Source: a cyanobacterium endosymbiont of Rhopalodia gibba
GTDB lineage: Bacteria > Cyanobacteriota > Cyanobacteriia > Cyanobacteriales > Microcystaceae
Assembly (NCBI GenBank): GCA_045159875.1
Contig: CP067995.1
Location: 992,001-1,056,000, forward strand
Length of the DNA: 64,000 bases
Direction: 5' to 3'
Position numbers and translations under genes: made by a program. Shown one piece after another: positions 44,642-58,002 of the stretch. Each line of letters begins with the position of its first letter. The first letter of the stretch is position 1. Below the pieces are notes generated by a model. It was not told the DNA's origin, made no database searches, and saw nothing but the letters and a program-made list of their open reading frames with translations.

Positions 44642-45901
44642 TCACATGATTTTAGTGAAAAAATCAATCGTTTCTTTTAAAGCTAAAATAAAACTGTCAA
44701 TTTCCTCAAGGGTATTATAAAAATACAAACTCACTCTGGCACTTCCTGAGGCATTAAATAGACGATGTAAGGGTTGAGTACAATGGTGTCCTGAGCGAAT
44801 GGAAATTCCTTCATTATCTAATAGGGTCGATAAGTCACTCCCATGAATTCCTTCGACATTAAAAGAAGCTAATGCTGCTCTTCCTTTACCATCTAAATTG
44901 GACTTAGATCCATAAATCCGTATCTTAGGAATTGCTGTTAAGCTTTTAAATAAATATGTAGTCAATTCCTCTTCATAAACATGGATTTTATCCAATCCAA
45001 TAGTTGTTAAATAATCTACCGCTGCTCCTAGGGCTATTACCTCACCAACAGCAGGGGTTCCTGCTTCAAATTTGTGTGGTAGTTTTCCATGGGTAAATCC
45101 CTCAAGAAATACCTCCCCTATCATTTCTCCTCCACCAAGAAAAGGAGGCATTTCTTCCAAAATTTTTTTCTTACCATAAAGAAACCCAATTCCCGTAGGA
45201 GCACACATTTTATGTCCACTAGCCACCAACCAATCACAGCCAATCTGCTGCACATCAATAGCTAAATGAGGCGCACTTTGACAAGCATCAATTAACACCT
45301 TTGCTTCCACTTGATGGGCTGCAGAAGTTATTTTTTTGACTGGGTTAATACAGCCCAACATATTAGAAACATGGACAATAGCTACTAATTTTGTTTTACG
45401 CGATAATAAGGATTTAAACTGCTCTAAATCAAATTCTTCTTGTTCAGTTAAGAAGACATATTTGATTACTGCCCCTGTTTTTTGAGCTATCATTTGCCAG
45501 GGAACAATATTACTATGGTGTTCCATGACGGAAATAATAATTTCATCTCCCGGTTTTAAGTTTGTTAACCCCCAACTATAAGCGACTAAATTAATGGCTT
45601 CTGTTGCATTGCGAGTAAAAATAATCTCTTGAGATGATTGGGAATTGATAAATTTTGCTACCTTATCCCTGGCTGCCTCATATGCTTCTGTTGCCCGTAC
45701 ACTTAAACTATGCGCTCCGCGATGAACATTGGCGTTATCTTTTTCATAGTAATGGCGTAGAGTATCGAGGACAAATAAAGGTTTTTGAGAAGTAGCAGCA
45801 TTGTCGAGATAAATTAAAGACTTTCCGTTAATTTCTTGGTGTAAAACTGGAAAATCAGAACGAACTTTAGCAGCAAGAGTCTTTTCTTTTACAGAAATCA
45901 T
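44642..45901 (-). CDS. sufS: Cysteine desulfurase SufS
   Basis: [27 protein letters not shown]. Confidence 0.97.
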   Translation of the reverse strand: MISVKEKTLAAKVRSDFPVLHQEINGKSLIYLDNAATSQKPLFVLDTLRHYYEKDNANVHRGAHSLSVRATEAYEAARDKVAKFINSQSSQEIIFTRNATEAINLVAYSWGLTNLKPGDEIIISVMEHHSNIVPWQMIAQKTGAVIKYVFLTEQEEFDLEQFKSLLSRKTKLVAIVHVSNMLGCINPVKKITSAAHQVEAKVLIDACQSAPHLAIDVQQIGCDWLVASGHKMCAPTGIGFLYGKKKILEEMPPFLGGGEMIGEVFLEGFTHGKLPHKFEAGTPAVGEVIALGAAVDYLTTIGLDKIHVYEEELTTYLFKSLTAIPKIRIYGSKSNLDGKGRAALASFNVEGIHGSDLSTLLDNEGISIRSGHHCTQPLHRLFNASGSARVSLYFYNTLEEIDSFILALKETIDFFTKIM

Positions 45902-45985
45902 GACAGATTCAAACGTTAGAAGTTAGTTAGAGGCTTGAACATCTTGAAATATTATTATAAGTTATTAAAATAATTAATAATTTAT

Positions 45986-47353
45986 TTAGGATTCTAAGGT
46001 ACGACAAGCGACACATTGAGTGAGTCTTTGACGCAGAGACCTAAGAGGAAGTCGCTCCAAGATTTCAGTGGCGAAGGCATCAATTAAGAGGTTACGGGCC
46101 TCGTTTTGACTTAACCCACGGCTTTGCAAATAAAAGAGTTCATCAGATTCTAATTGACTAATAGTTGCCCCGTGAGAACATTTAACATTGTCTGCAGTAA
46201 TTTGTAATTCGGGTTTAGTATCAATACGGGCCTTTGAAGACAGCAATAAGTTCCGGTTTAATTGGGTTGCATTGGTTAACTGCGCTAGTTTTGGAACGGA
46301 TATTTGACCATTAAATATCCCATGTCCATGATCATCAATGATACATTTGTGTAATTGATTGATTGTTCCATAGGGACAGTCAAGATAGACCGCACTGTGA
46401 GTATCCGAAATTTGTAAACTTCCGACCATTGTTAAACCACTCAGGCGAGTTTCGGTTTGCTTGCCTTGTTGAAAAACCTTGAGGGTGTGGCGAGAGAGTT
46501 TTGCACCTAGACTAATATCATTACAAATATAACGACTCTCTTTATTTTGGATAATTGCGGTTTTTCCGATGTGGAAACTATCTCCTAATTCTCGTTGAAT
46601 TCGACTATGATTGATATGCGCATTGTCTTCCAGAAATATCTCTGTTACCCCATTCACTAAATAAGGTTTGTTCCCTACAATATCAGAACATTCTTGGGAA
46701 ATAGCCGTATAGTGCTCTATCAAAGTAATATTTGAACCTGTTTCGGCTATTATTAAAACACGAGGTTGAATTAAATTATGAGAATCTGTAGGAACAGACA
46801 CAAAGAGTAAATCAACAGGAACATCAACAACAATGTTCGGGTCAACCCAAATGATGCCAACATGATAAAGATCTGCCGTATTTATCAAGGCAAAAAAGTC
46901 TTTTTTGTGGTTATTTTTTCCAAAATAATGAACAACTTTAGCTTTTTTCGATTCGGGAAGTTCCATTAAATTTCCTACATATACCCCTTCAGGTAAAGCA
47001 GATAAATTTGATAATTCAGAGACATACTCTCCATTAACAAAAACAAGCCGACTCTCTCGAGCTTCGGGCAAGATAAAAGGGGAAAAATCATCTGGAGAAA
47101 TAGTACTAGCCAATTTGGCTGGTTTAAACTGAATATTAGACAATTCAGACAAGTCGGCGAATCTCCAATCCTCATCTTGTTTTGTCGGAAATTTCAATTT
47201 TCTGGCTTCAGATATTGCATTTTCCCGCAATTTTGATAAAAATTGCAGCTCGCCCACTGCTTCTTGGGTTTGATATTCCTCTGACAATCCCAGCAGAATA
47301 TTTTCCCAAATTTGGTTGATACGTATACTTTTTTCTATGGTCGATGTTGTCAT
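45986..47353 (-). CDS. sufD: Fe-S cluster assembly protein SufD
   Basis: EDWRF, KPELQITADNVKCSHGAT, FYLQSRG; operon position. Confidence 0.96.
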   Translation of the reverse strand: MTTSTIEKSIRINQIWENILLGLSEEYQTQEAVGELQFLSKLRENAISEARKLKFPTKQDEDWRFADLSELSNIQFKPAKLASTISPDDFSPFILPEARESRLVFVNGEYVSELSNLSALPEGVYVGNLMELPESKKAKVVHYFGKNNHKKDFFALINTADLYHVGIIWVDPNIVVDVPVDLLFVSVPTDSHNLIQPRVLIIAETGSNITLIEHYTAISQECSDIVGNKPYLVNGVTEIFLEDNAHINHSRIQRELGDSFHIGKTAIIQNKESRYICNDISLGAKLSRHTLKVFQQGKQTETRLSGLTMVGSLQISDTHSAVYLDCPYGTINQLHKCIIDDHGHGIFNGQISVPKLAQLTNATQLNRNLLLSSKARIDTKPELQITADNVKCSHGATISQLESDELFYLQSRGLSQNEARNLLIDAFATEILERLPLRSLRQRLTQCVACRTLES

Positions 47354-47417
47354 ATAATAACTTCCCTTATGAAAGATTCAGATATGGGATAACTTATTAA
47401 ATTGTTGGGGGATACTT

Positions 47418-48188
47418 TTAGGCGTTAGTCAACAGTTTTTCTTCGATAAAGTCATAACCACTTTCTTCAAGTGTAAGAGCTAATTCTTTTCCTCCTGTCT
47501 TCACGATTTGTCCATTGTGCATTACGTGGATATAATGAGGTTCAATGTAGTTAAGTAACCTTTGGTAGTGGGTAATTAACAAAAAAGCATTCTCATCAGT
47601 AGCTAATTTATTCACCCCATTAGCAACAATTCTTAATGCATCGATATCTAGTCCAGAATCAATCTCATCTAAAATACCTAGGGTAGGCTCTAACAAAGCC
47701 ATTTGTAAAACTTCATTGCGTTTTTTTTCTCCCCCAGAAAACCCTTCGTTTAAACTTCTCTCCAAAAAGCTAGGGCTCATCTTGACAACATCTAGTTTTT
47801 CTTCTACTAAGTCTTCAAAATCAAAAGTGTCAATTTCTTCTAGCCCTTGATATTTTCGATGGGCATTGTAAGCCACCCGAAGGAAATCTAAGTTACTTAC
47901 CCCTGGAATTTCTAAAGGATACTGAAAAGCCAAAAAAATTCCTATATTTGCCCGTTCACTTGGACTTTTGCTAATAATTTCTTCCCCTTTATAAATTATA
48001 TTTCCACCAGTTATTTCATAATCAGGATGTCCCGCTAACACTTTTGATAGAGTACTTTTGCCAGACCCGTTTCTTCCCATGATCGCATGAATTTCTCCTG
48101 CTTTTATTTCCAGGCTAACACCTTTTAGAATAGGTTTTCCTTCAACATTAGCTGTTAAATTTTGAACTGATAGGATAACTTCACTCAT
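47418..48188 (-). CDS. sufC: Fe-S cluster assembly ATPase SufC
   Basis: [34 protein letters not shown]; start moved to the ATG at 48188. Confidence 0.97.
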   Translation of the reverse strand: MSEVILSVQNLTANVEGKPILKGVSLEIKAGEIHAIMGRNGSGKSTLSKVLAGHPDYEITGGNIIYKGEEIISKSPSERANIGIFLAFQYPLEIPGVSNLDFLRVAYNAHRKYQGLEEIDTFDFEDLVEEKLDVVKMSPSFLERSLNEGFSGGEKKRNEVLQMALLEPTLGILDEIDSGLDIDALRIVANGVNKLATDENAFLLITHYQRLLNYIEPHYIHVMHNGQIVKTGGKELALTLEESGYDFIEEKLLTNA

Positions 48189-48270
48189 TGATTTTTGCAA
48201 GAATTAATAATTAATAACTAGATTTTGTGTTTTTTGAACTTGAATTAAAGTGGGCATTGTCCATCCTAGA

Positions 48271-49713
48271 TTAACCGACAGTTTTTTCTAATTTCAGACC
48301 TAGAAGTCTATCAGCTTCGGCAGCGAATTCCATGGGTAACTCACTCAGGACATCTTTGCAAAAACCACTCACTAACATAGAGACAGCATCTTCTTCAGGA
48401 ATCCCTCGTTGGGCAAAGTAGAATAATTGGTCTTCCCCAATTTTAGAGGTTGAAGCTTCATGTTCTATCGTAGAAGTATTGTTATTTGCTTGAATGTAAG
48501 GAAATGTATTAGCTTCAGCATTATCTCCAATTAACATTGAATCACATTGGGAGTAGTTTCTTGACCCTGTAGCTTTTGGTCCCATTTTTACTAATCCACG
48601 GTAACTGTTTTTAGAACCGCCTGCAGAAATCCCCTTAGAAATAATGGTGCTACGAGTGTTTTTGCCAATATGGATCATTTTCGTTCCTGTATCTGCCTGC
48701 TGTTTATTATTAGTAAGGGCGATGGAATAAAATTCTCCAACCGAATTATCACCCACTAAGACACAACTCGGATATTTCCAAGTAATAGCAGAACCTGTTT
48801 CTACTTGAGTCCAAGAAATCTTAGAATTAACCCCTTTACATAAACCTCGTTTAGTGACAAAGTTATAGATTCCTCCCTTACCATTTTCATCTCCTGCATA
48901 CCAATTTTGGACAGTAGAATATTTAATGTCAGCATCATCTAAAGCCACTAACTCTACTACGGCTGCATGAAGTTGATTACTATCATACATCGGTGCAGTA
49001 CACCCCTCCAGATAGCTAACAGAAGCTTTTTCTTCAGCCACAATTAATGTCCGCTCAAACTGCCCTGTATCTCCGCTGTTAATCCGAAAATAGGTAGACA
49101 ATTCCATAGGGCATTTAACCCCTTTGGGGATAAAAACAAAGGACCCATCACTAAAAACTGCTGCATTGAGAGCAGCAAAGAAATTATCATTAACTGGAAC
49201 TACTGAGCCGAGATATTTTCGAACCAAATCAGGATGTTCTTGTAAAGCTTCTGAAATAGAACAAAAAATAACCCCAGATTCAGCTAATTTTTCTTTAAAA
49301 GTTGTTGCTACAGAAACACTGTCAAAAATAGCATCCACTGCTACGTTTCCTAATCGTTTTTGTTCAGATAGAGGAATACCTAACTTTTCAAAAGTTTCAA
49401 GTAAAGTCGGGTCAACTTCGTCAAGACTGCCTAATTTTTCTTTCTTTTGTTTAGGAGCGGAATAACAAATAATATTCTGATAGTCAATAGGTGGATAAGT
49501 GACATGAGGCCAAGTTGGTTCTGTCATCTTTTGCCATTGTCTATAAGCTTTTAGACGAAAGTCTAACATAAAGTCCGGTTCTTTTTTTTTCGCAGAAATC
49601 AGGCGAATAACATCCTCATTAATACCATGAGGGATCTTATCGGACTCTATATCGGTAACAAACCCATATTTATAAGGTTGGTTAACCAGGATCTTAACTG
49701 ATGTCTCACTCAT
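48271..49713 (-). CDS. sufB: Fe-S cluster assembly protein SufB
   Basis: [32 protein letters not shown]; likely start is the ATG at 49713. Confidence 0.97.
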   Translation of the reverse strand: MSETSVKILVNQPYKYGFVTDIESDKIPHGINEDVIRLISAKKKEPDFMLDFRLKAYRQWQKMTEPTWPHVTYPPIDYQNIICYSAPKQKKEKLGSLDEVDPTLLETFEKLGIPLSEQKRLGNVAVDAIFDSVSVATTFKEKLAESGVIFCSISEALQEHPDLVRKYLGSVVPVNDNFFAALNAAVFSDGSFVFIPKGVKCPMELSTYFRINSGDTGQFERTLIVAEEKASVSYLEGCTAPMYDSNQLHAAVVELVALDDADIKYSTVQNWYAGDENGKGGIYNFVTKRGLCKGVNSKISWTQVETGSAITWKYPSCVLVGDNSVGEFYSIALTNNKQQADTGTKMIHIGKNTRSTIISKGISAGGSKNSYRGLVKMGPKATGSRNYSQCDSMLIGDNAEANTFPYIQANNNTSTIEHEASTSKIGEDQLFYFAQRGIPEEDAVSMLVSGFCKDVLSELPMEFAAEADRLLGLKLEKTVG

Positions 49714-49926
49714 AAGTTGTGTGTTCCTCGTTTCCATTTGACAATTTCTCTTAGGATATCTAGAGAGTCCCCAACTTCAAGTGGTGACAATATATACCCT
49801 ACTCGGAAGCAGATGTTTTAGGTCTCGCAATTCATATCGTCAAAGGCGTGCCTTAATTACATGCTGTCGATAACGACGAATTTATATAGAGAGATTCTCT
49901 CGCAAAAGTCCTTACGTGTACTAAAA

Positions 49927-49980
49927 CAATTTTTGTATTGTCCAACCCTATTCTACAATAGAAGAACAACTTAATTGTTG
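49927..49980. promoter_or_regulatory. SufR double operator
   Basis: CAAC-TTAATT-GTTG at 49967-49980 and CAAT-TTTTGT-ATTG at 49927-49940, 26 bp apart, in the divergent sufB/sufR spacer. Confidence 0.85.
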
Positions 49981-50114
49981 TCAAAGTCACATTAAATTTT
50001 TTTTTTAGAATTTATTGACAACGGCGCATCAGGAATAAAGCCATAATAATTAAGATATTCCTAGCGTTTCTACTATACCACTGCTTATCTCAGTCCCACT
50101 TAATTAATTAGCCA

Positions 50115-50783
50115 GTGACCGAAACGATGACTATCATTCACCCCCCTTCAACTAAAGAAGATATTCTGAACTATTTGCTTAAACATGGTCAAGCCAAGGC
50201 TTTTGAATTAGCCCAAGCTTTGGAAATCACACCTCAAGCAACTCGCCGTCATCTTAAAGAATTGGAAACTGAAGATTTAATTAAACATAAATCTCAACAG
50301 GTTGGGTTAGGAAGGCCACAACATATTTATTATCTTAGTAAACAAGGACGTGATCACTTTCCTAATCGCTATGGAGAATTTGCAGTTTCTTTCCTTAAGA
50401 CTCTTACTGAGACCGTAGGGGAACAACAGGTAGGAGAAGTTCTACGCAAACAATGGGAACGTAAAGCTGAAGACTATCGCCAGCGCATTGGTAATGGAAC
50501 CATTGAAGAAAGAGTAAGTAAATTAGTTAGATTGCGGCACGAAGAAGGTTATATGACAGAAATAAACTTATTTAATCCTAGAAATAGTTGTCTCTTCTTA
50601 AAAGAAGGGTATATTTTGGCAGAGCATCATTGTGCAATTTCTGAAGTAGCTGAATCTTATCCCACAGTTTGCGGTCACGAACTAGAAATGTTTACCGAAA
50701 TTTTACCTGATTGCACCGTTGAAAGAACTCACTGTATTAATGATGGAGAACACAATTGTGAGTATTTAATACAAGCTCAATAA
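50115..50783 (+). CDS. sufR: Fe-S cluster biosynthesis transcriptional regulator SufR
   Basis: N-terminal wHTH, GRPQHIY, EHHCAI..VCGHEL..HNCEY; divergent from sufB; alternative start 50127. Confidence 0.96.
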   Translation: MTETMTIIHPPSTKEDILNYLLKHGQAKAFELAQALEITPQATRRHLKELETEDLIKHKSQQVGLGRPQHIYYLSKQGRDHFPNRYGEFAVSFLKTLTETVGEQQVGEVLRKQWERKAEDYRQRIGNGTIEERVSKLVRLRHEEGYMTEINLFNPRNSCLFLKEGYILAEHHCAISEVAESYPTVCGHELEMFTEILPDCTVERTHCINDGEHNCEYLIQAQ

Positions 50784-51191
50784 TTAATTATTAATTGTAA
50801 ATTATTATCTACGCTAATTTTACGAATAAATTACAATTTTGAGCTAAATTTATGACTTCTAAAAAATCTATATATACTCATAAAGTATTGCTTTTATTCT
50901 AAAAATAGATTATTAATTTATTTGACTGCTCTCTCTTGAAAAAGATCTCAAAAATTATTGAGATGTAGAAAATTCTATCTTTATTCTATGGATGAGATTG
51001 TCAAAAAATAAAAAAAAAATAAAATTTATCTAGAACAAAATATAAAGCATCTAGCTTCAAAACGGTAATAGCTATCCCATAGTTAATGATTATTAATTAA
51101 GATAAAAATCTTAGATGATCGACGATAATCTCTATTTTATTTAGATTGAGTTATAATCAAGATAATCTCAAATATATGACTTAATTCTGCT

Positions 51192-51389
51192 ATGAATTTT
51201 ACATTCAAAGTCCCTAGCATTGCCTGTGAAGCTTGCGCCAATACTATCACTAAAGCAGTCCAAAATGAAAGGACGGAGACTACTATATCTATTAATGTTT
51301 CTACAAAAATTGTTACTGTTGAAACAACAGTTTCTAAAGAAACTATTAAGAAAATTATTGAAGGGATAGGCCATACTGTTGAAGATTAA
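51192..51389 (+). CDS. atx1: Copper chaperone (HMA domain, Atx1/CopZ)
   Basis: VPSIACEACA..KAVQNE..GHTVE, cyanobacterial Atx1-like. Confidence 0.88.
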   Translation: MNFTFKVPSIACEACANTITKAVQNERTETTISINVSTKIVTVETTVSKETIKKIIEGIGHTVED

Positions 51390-52799
51390 TTGCGGTTCCG
51401 TGTCCAAAAGTTTGAAAGGGTACAATTATCATATGCTAATTTAATTTTTTGGAGTATTAGTTATTTTCTTTATTTTTTTATGAGCCTGTTCTGTTCAAGT
51501 ATTTATACTAATTTTCTGAAGTTTACCTGCATATTATCTGTAGGATTCAATGAGCATTGATTCCTAAAAGGATAGCATTTTTAGTCCAAGTTTATCAAAA
51601 TGGAACTAAACATTCTGCTGCTCTTAATTAACTATCCTTATTTGTAATTTTTTTAAATTTTTTTAAATAGCTCGGGTATAAGTCTTATCTTTATATAGGT
51701 TTATTATTCTAGATTGCTTATTATGCTCACGGTTAATGAAGTTTCTTACAAGGTCTTTTAGCAACTTGTATGTTTTTTATAGCACTTAGCATGAATTCTG
51801 AAGTATCTCCTTTAGCATAAACGGACTAATATTAAGTACTTATATTCTTACTTAAGTTTAGTATAAGGTTAGTTATACAAGATCGAGAAACATAGTTATT
51901 ATTCTCAGTCTCTAAGTTTAAATAGGACGATGTTGACAATTGTCTAAAAATAGTAACTGCTAACAATTAAGGCTAAAGTAGTTGTTTAAAAAAAGCATAA
52001 CATAAAACTAACTTACCTTTTTATACCCAATTGTAAGAAGGTTTTTTCTGTTAATCAGTATAAGCAATCAAGCAAAAAAAATAATAAAATGCTTTATAAT
52101 CTTCAAGAAATAAAAATATTAAATCTGAGAAATATTTTTGAGAGAGCGCTTATAAAGCAATATTCTATCACTTAGTTTGACTCACTCGTGCTTCGTATTC
52201 TGTTAATGACAAGTCATTAATTAAAATATTTTCTTGACAGGGCTTCTCAAAGAGTTAGTAAACAGCATATCTTTAGTCTTTAAATCGTTTTTTAACTAAA
52301 TATTGCGTTAGCTTAGAAATAGATTTATTTTCATCGTTATTTTCTGGAGTTAACTTAAAAGTTGATAATTTATCTCGGTTATTTATGATTTAATTTAGTT
52401 TAAATCTCCAATGCTATTCAGCAGAACTCTGATTCCATAAAATTAATCATTCAAAGACTCGATATTCTCAGCTAAAGGTTTCATAAATAGACTCCTGTCT
52501 CAGGAAAATCAATAGGACTAATTCCTGAAATTTCTCTTTTATGAGTCAGTAAAAAACGTTCCATAAACATTTTTTTTAGAGCATAAGTACCACAAATTAA
52601 TTATAATTGACTATATATAAGCAATATTTTTTCTTAATCAGAAAACCCGACGTTTGATTTGCTTTAAGAGTTTGATTTTATGAACTATCAAAACGGTATT
52701 TTTTTAAAAAAATATCAATCATGAAACAGAATAACAGTAATCCTAAAATTATTGATAAAATTGATAGAAATGAAATAAATTATAAAATTATTTTAAATA

Positions 52800-54848
52800 G
52801 ATCCTATAACTATCAATAATCGCTCCTTTACACTAGTAATTTATTGATTTTCTTGATAAACTTTTCTTTGCTCGCTCCAATGAATTTTAGTAGTATCAAT
52901 TACTATGTTCCATCATCAACTTTTTAGGTAAGAAGGCAAGGTAAACTTTGATGTATTTTCTTCAGCATTAAATAGCAAAAGAAAACTAGCATCAATGACA
53001 CGGTTACCCCTGACATCAGGGGTTTCAATTCCTTCTCCGTTGAGAAAAACGCTAATTGCCTTCACCTCCCCGTTTTTCCATTGTTCCTCAGTCATCTCTT
53101 CTCTTTTAAGGTTAAAATAAAAAATATCCCTTACGTCTGATCCGTGAAGTGCTTCTCTTTGAAACCATTTACGTCGTCGAAAAACAGGATGTTGATACTG
53201 TTGGGTAAAACATAAAAAATCTTGATTAATTTTCGTTAAATCCCAATTGAACCAAGAAATCTCGTGTCTTGACAATAGCCATTATTGTTCCCCTATTGGG
53301 TGCGCCCCATTTTATCTTCTCCTAATATAATAGGAACCTCTTGGGACAACATTAAGGTAGTTAAAAAATTGCGTTTTTGTTGTTCTCGTAAAGCCAAAAT
53401 TTGAGGGTCATTGTTTTTTCCATCGACCTCGTTATGTTTTTCGTTATAACTGACCAGATATGCCAAGGTAAAACCATCGTGGGCTGTGATGAAATTAATA
53501 CTCACGTGTGGTTTCCGTTCATTTTGTAGAGGTCAGAACTTCCCGTAAAACGGTAAACAAACGACGTTAAGGTGCTATCTTGACCGCGCCCGTCCCGATA
53601 TTTTCCATTCCATTCTGACCAGAGAAGTGTAAATTGTCTTATCTGATAACCTCCTTTTCCAAGATCCCAAGGTTCTGCGATTAATTTTACATTCGATGAA
53701 ACGGGCTCTTGATGAATAATGTCGAAGAAGGGAGTCAAAGTTTCTACCTCATAAAGTTCTCTCGCTAGAGCTGCTGCTAAGTCAAAGTGAAACCCATCAA
53801 TGTGCATTTCTAAGACCCAATACCATAAACTATCCATCATGAGTGTAAGGACATCACGATGGCTGATGTTGAGAGAATTACCACACCCTGTAAAGTCTAC
53901 GTAGTAACGAGAATTTTTTTCATCTATGCGGTAATAGATTTAGTTATCAATACCCTGTCAAAAGAATATCGCTCCCAAATGATTACTTTTCCCTGTATGG
54001 TTATAAACAACATCAAGAATGACTTTAATCCCCGCTTTATTGAGAGTCTCTACCATTTTTTAAATTCTGTGACTTGTTGCTCTTGAGTTTCTGAGGCGCT
54101 GTCACTTGAATGAAGAGCAAAATAAGCTAAGAAGTCGTAACCTCAACAATTGGTCAATCCTTTATCAATTAGATTGCCTTGCTGTACAAAAAATGGTGAA
54201 CAGGGAGCAATTTAACGGCAGTAATGCCTAAATTTTGTAGATAGGCAATCACATTGGGATGAGCTAGTCCGGCATAAGTTCCCCGCAAGTTTTCAGGTAT
54301 TTCTAGATGTTGTTTCGCAAATCCTTTAACATGAACTTCATAGATAATGGTTTTATGCCAAGGATATTGTAGTAAGGTGTCCTCTTCCCAATCAAAGCTT
54401 TCATCAATCACAACTGCTTTGGGAATCCACGGTGCATCATCCATCATCTATTTCTGAGGCAGTTAGCTCTTGCTCTTCACAGTCCCCAGGATAGCTAAAG
54501 AGAGCTTCCTTATGTTCCGCCTCGGCGGTGCTCGCTTTAGCATAGGAATCTATCAACAATTTTTTAGAGTTGAAGCGATAGCCTTTAGTGAGGTCAAATA
54601 GACCATGAACTAGAAACCTGTAATGCTTTCCTGGTCTTATTTTAGAGATGTAAGCATACCAAATATAATTGGATACTTCTTCCAAAGGGATAGATTGTTC
54701 TTGTCCCCAATTAATTATTAAACAATCAAAGATAAACTCTCGTTGCATTTTCAGAAAAAATAGCAAAATTAGTTCCTTCTCCGTCCCAACTTGCTCCTAA
54801 AAGATAGGGATTTCCTGGCAAAAGTTAAATGTTTATTGGTAAGTTCAT
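52800..54848 (-). pseudogene. glgX: Glycogen debranching enzyme (isoamylase) pseudogene
   Basis: Collinear fragments: [80 protein letters not shown]; split across at least six frames/ORFs. Confidence 0.95.
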
Positions 54849-56946
54849 CTCAATTTCAACAAAAACTTGCTCAGTCCCGGTGTAAGTTAGATTTAGGAAG
54901 GTAGAAAAGTTAAGTACTTGACGATTTTTTTTTCATCATTACAATATAACATCTTGGAATATAAGTCGTTTATTTTTTAAATTAGCCTTAAAATCCTTTC
55001 CTAAACTTTCTGAATATTTTATCTTTGTCTATTGTGAACGTTTTCCGACCAATAAAGCGACGGAAAATGCTATAAGACTTTCTCTAGATATGAGACATAT
55101 ACTAGAAAAATATAGCAATTACTAATCATTTATCGCTGAGAATTGCATGATTTTTGTGAAGTGACTTGAGCCAGGATTTTTTCACCCTGATTGTTTCATA
55201 CGCTGGGTATGTTCATCAACTAAATGGGTTATAAAAGGAGAAGCAACGATAACTGCGGTAATGTTACCTGAACATTTAGCTAAAGTAACTAAATTTTATC
55301 GATATTATCTGATTATTTCTAGGAAAATGTAAGTTTTTTTGTCGAAAGATAGCTAAGCTTTATGTATTAGTTGATTAAATCTGATTAATTGTTAATCTTA
55401 ATAATTAGAAATTAATTGTTAAATTAATCTTAAAATATCTAGTTGTACCGAACCTGTAATGTGAATATAAAATTTATCAAAACAAAGTTTTGTTATAAAA
55501 TTGTAAAAAACGTTAATTTTAATTATGTAAATAGTATTGCAGCTGGTGTTGTATTTAAATTAAATTATGCTAGGCTAAACGGCTTTACTCATCTTATAAA
55601 GTGCTCAGCTCAGTTTAATATTAATGAATGAGATTCTAAATCAAGCAAGGCTGACTATCAGTCATTATCAGATTTTAAATGAAATAGGTAGAGTTAAATT
55701 TATCTAAGAATAGACACAATAGCAGCTTATATTTATTGTAATTTAACTATTAGAGATTTGCCTTGAACATAAAAAGCTACCTTTCTTAGGATAAATTGTC
55801 GTTAAATCAGATGCAATAACTTTAGCAACATATTTGTAACTTTTAGTGCTATGCCACTTGTAGTTAGGAATATTATTCTATAATAATACTATTTTAAACT
55901 ATTAAAGTTTACCGATTGATTTACCAACTTTGTCGAAGTTTTTAGCCCTGGATTAAGTAGTTTGTAATTAATAGCATGATAACCATAGCTACACATTCTT
56001 AGCAACTAAAGAATAATAAGTGTAGATGTCTTAAATTCCTAGTTAATTAAAATAAAAAATTATTTTCTTTACTTTATTTGAATTAAATTTTACATTTAAT
56101 TTCATGAGTAGAAGTTAAAATATCTATTTTTTGAGCTTAATCAAATTCATTAGTGATTTTAGTTAAAAATATTTTATATTTTTATTGAAAACTTATATCT
56201 TTCAATAAATAAAATTTAAGTTGAGAATAATTAACGCTGATTTTTCAGTCCTTTTTTGGATAGTTTTTTTTATAGTCTTAAACTATATTTAATTTAAAAT
56301 TTTAAATTAAAACTATGATAATTTATATTGGTAAATATTGCGTATAAATCTCATAATAAATATTTTTTGTTGTATTTTTTTTAAAATTTTTTAATAAAAA
56401 TATTTTTTATATTCTATATCTCTATTTAAAATAATATACATCTTTTGTCCTTTATTTTAAATCATAAGACTATTTTAATTTTTATCTTAATCTTGACTAT
56501 AGAGTAATAATTGAGATCTAAAGCGATTGACAATGATAATTCCATTAGATCATTGTTGACTGTTAAAATAGTCTCAGAAAGAAAAAAGTTCTATAAATAA
56601 ATTTAGTTGACATAAAATATGCTAATTACATCACAACAAAGAATATAAAATTACTAATTTTTAACTTTTACTATGTGTATAAAATAATGAGTTATAATCT
56701 TCATTACTTTATTATGTATCCATACTATAAATTTCTAATTTTTGGAAATCAATCACCTAGATTATTTCTTTTTTTTACAGAAAAAGACAGTTAATTTATT
56801 TAAATAAGTTACCCCTCTTAAGGGTATAAAAGTAACAGGTTCCTTCTATTTTATTAGTTGCTCTGGTGGAACTTCCCTAGGATAGAATAGGTCGTCTATA
56901 GTCTGAAAGTATAATTGCTGTTTGTAAGAATTAAGGAGTATAGTTA

Positions 56947-58002
56947 ATGAGCAAATTACGGGTAGGTCTATTGTTCGGGGGACGCTCAGGAGAACATGAA
57001 GTTTCTATTAAGTCTGCGAAGGCAATCGCAACAGCCTTAAGCACTGCACAGAACTACCTAAAATACGAAGTATTCCCCGTATATATTCAACAAAATGGAG
57101 TTTGGCAAGCAGGAAATACCGCACAACAGATACTCAGTCAAGAAACTTCCTTACCCTGTAAACATGCAACCAAACAACAATTATGGCAATTTCCCCCCCA
57201 AGTGAGTGAAGTAGATGTTTGGTTTCCCATTCTTCACGGACCAAATGGAGAAGATGGGACGGTACAAGGGTTATTGACTTTAATGCAAACTCCTTTTGTA
57301 GGGAGTGGGGTTTTAGGAGCATCCATAGGCATGGATAAGATTGCCATGAGAATGATCTTCGCTCAGGTAGGATTACCCCAAGTTGAATATATTCCGGTAG
57401 ACCGGGCTGATATCTGGTCTAATCCCTGTGGTTTTCCAAAACTTTGCGACAAAATTGAAGAAGCTATAACTTATCCTTGTTTTGTAAAGCCTGCTAACTT
57501 AGGGTCATCTGTAGGAATTTCTAAGGTGCGATCACGTTCAGAACTTGAAGCAGCCTTGGATGATGCAGCAGGTTACGACAGACGCATTATCGTTGAAACA
57601 GGAGTAACTGCTAGAGAAGTTGAATGTGCGGTTTTTGGCAATAAAAACCCCAAAGCGTCGGTGATTGGAGAAATTACTTATAATACTGATTTTTACAATT
57701 ATGAGGCGAAATATACAGATGGCAAGGCGCAATTATGTATTCCTGCTCAACTTCCTGACCACATTATTACTCAAATTCAAGAAATGGCTGTCCTTGCGTT
57801 TACTGCAATAGATGGAGCAGGACTAGCTCGGGTAGACTTTTTCTATATAGAAGATAGCCAAGAAGTGTTTGTCAATGAAATTAACACCCTTCCAGGGTTT
57901 ACTATTTTTAGTATGTATCCCCGACTGTGGAAAGCAACTGGAGTTTCTTTCCCTGAATTAGTCGATCAATTGATTCAATTAGCATTAGAAAGAAATAATT
58001 GA
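56947..58002 (+). CDS. ddl: D-alanine--D-alanine ligase
   Basis: [44 protein letters not shown]. Confidence 0.97.
   Translation: MSKLRVGLLFGGRSGEHEVSIKSAKAIATALSTAQNYLKYEVFPVYIQQNGVWQAGNTAQQILSQETSLPCKHATKQQLWQFPPQVSEVDVWFPILHGPNGEDGTVQGLLTLMQTPFVGSGVLGASIGMDKIAMRMIFAQVGLPQVEYIPVDRADIWSNPCGFPKLCDKIEEAITYPCFVKPANLGSSVGISKVRSRSELEAALDDAAGYDRRIIVETGVTAREVECAVFGNKNPKASVIGEITYNTDFYNYEAKYTDGKAQLCIPAQLPDHIITQIQEMAVLAFTAIDGAGLARVDFFYIEDSQEVFVNEINTLPGFTIFSMYPRLWKATGVSFPELVDQLIQLALERNN

Noticed and set aside
52916..54766. Separate small ORFs treated as independent genes
   Set aside because: Collinear fragments of one glgX pseudogene; 53859-54086 is an antisense shadow
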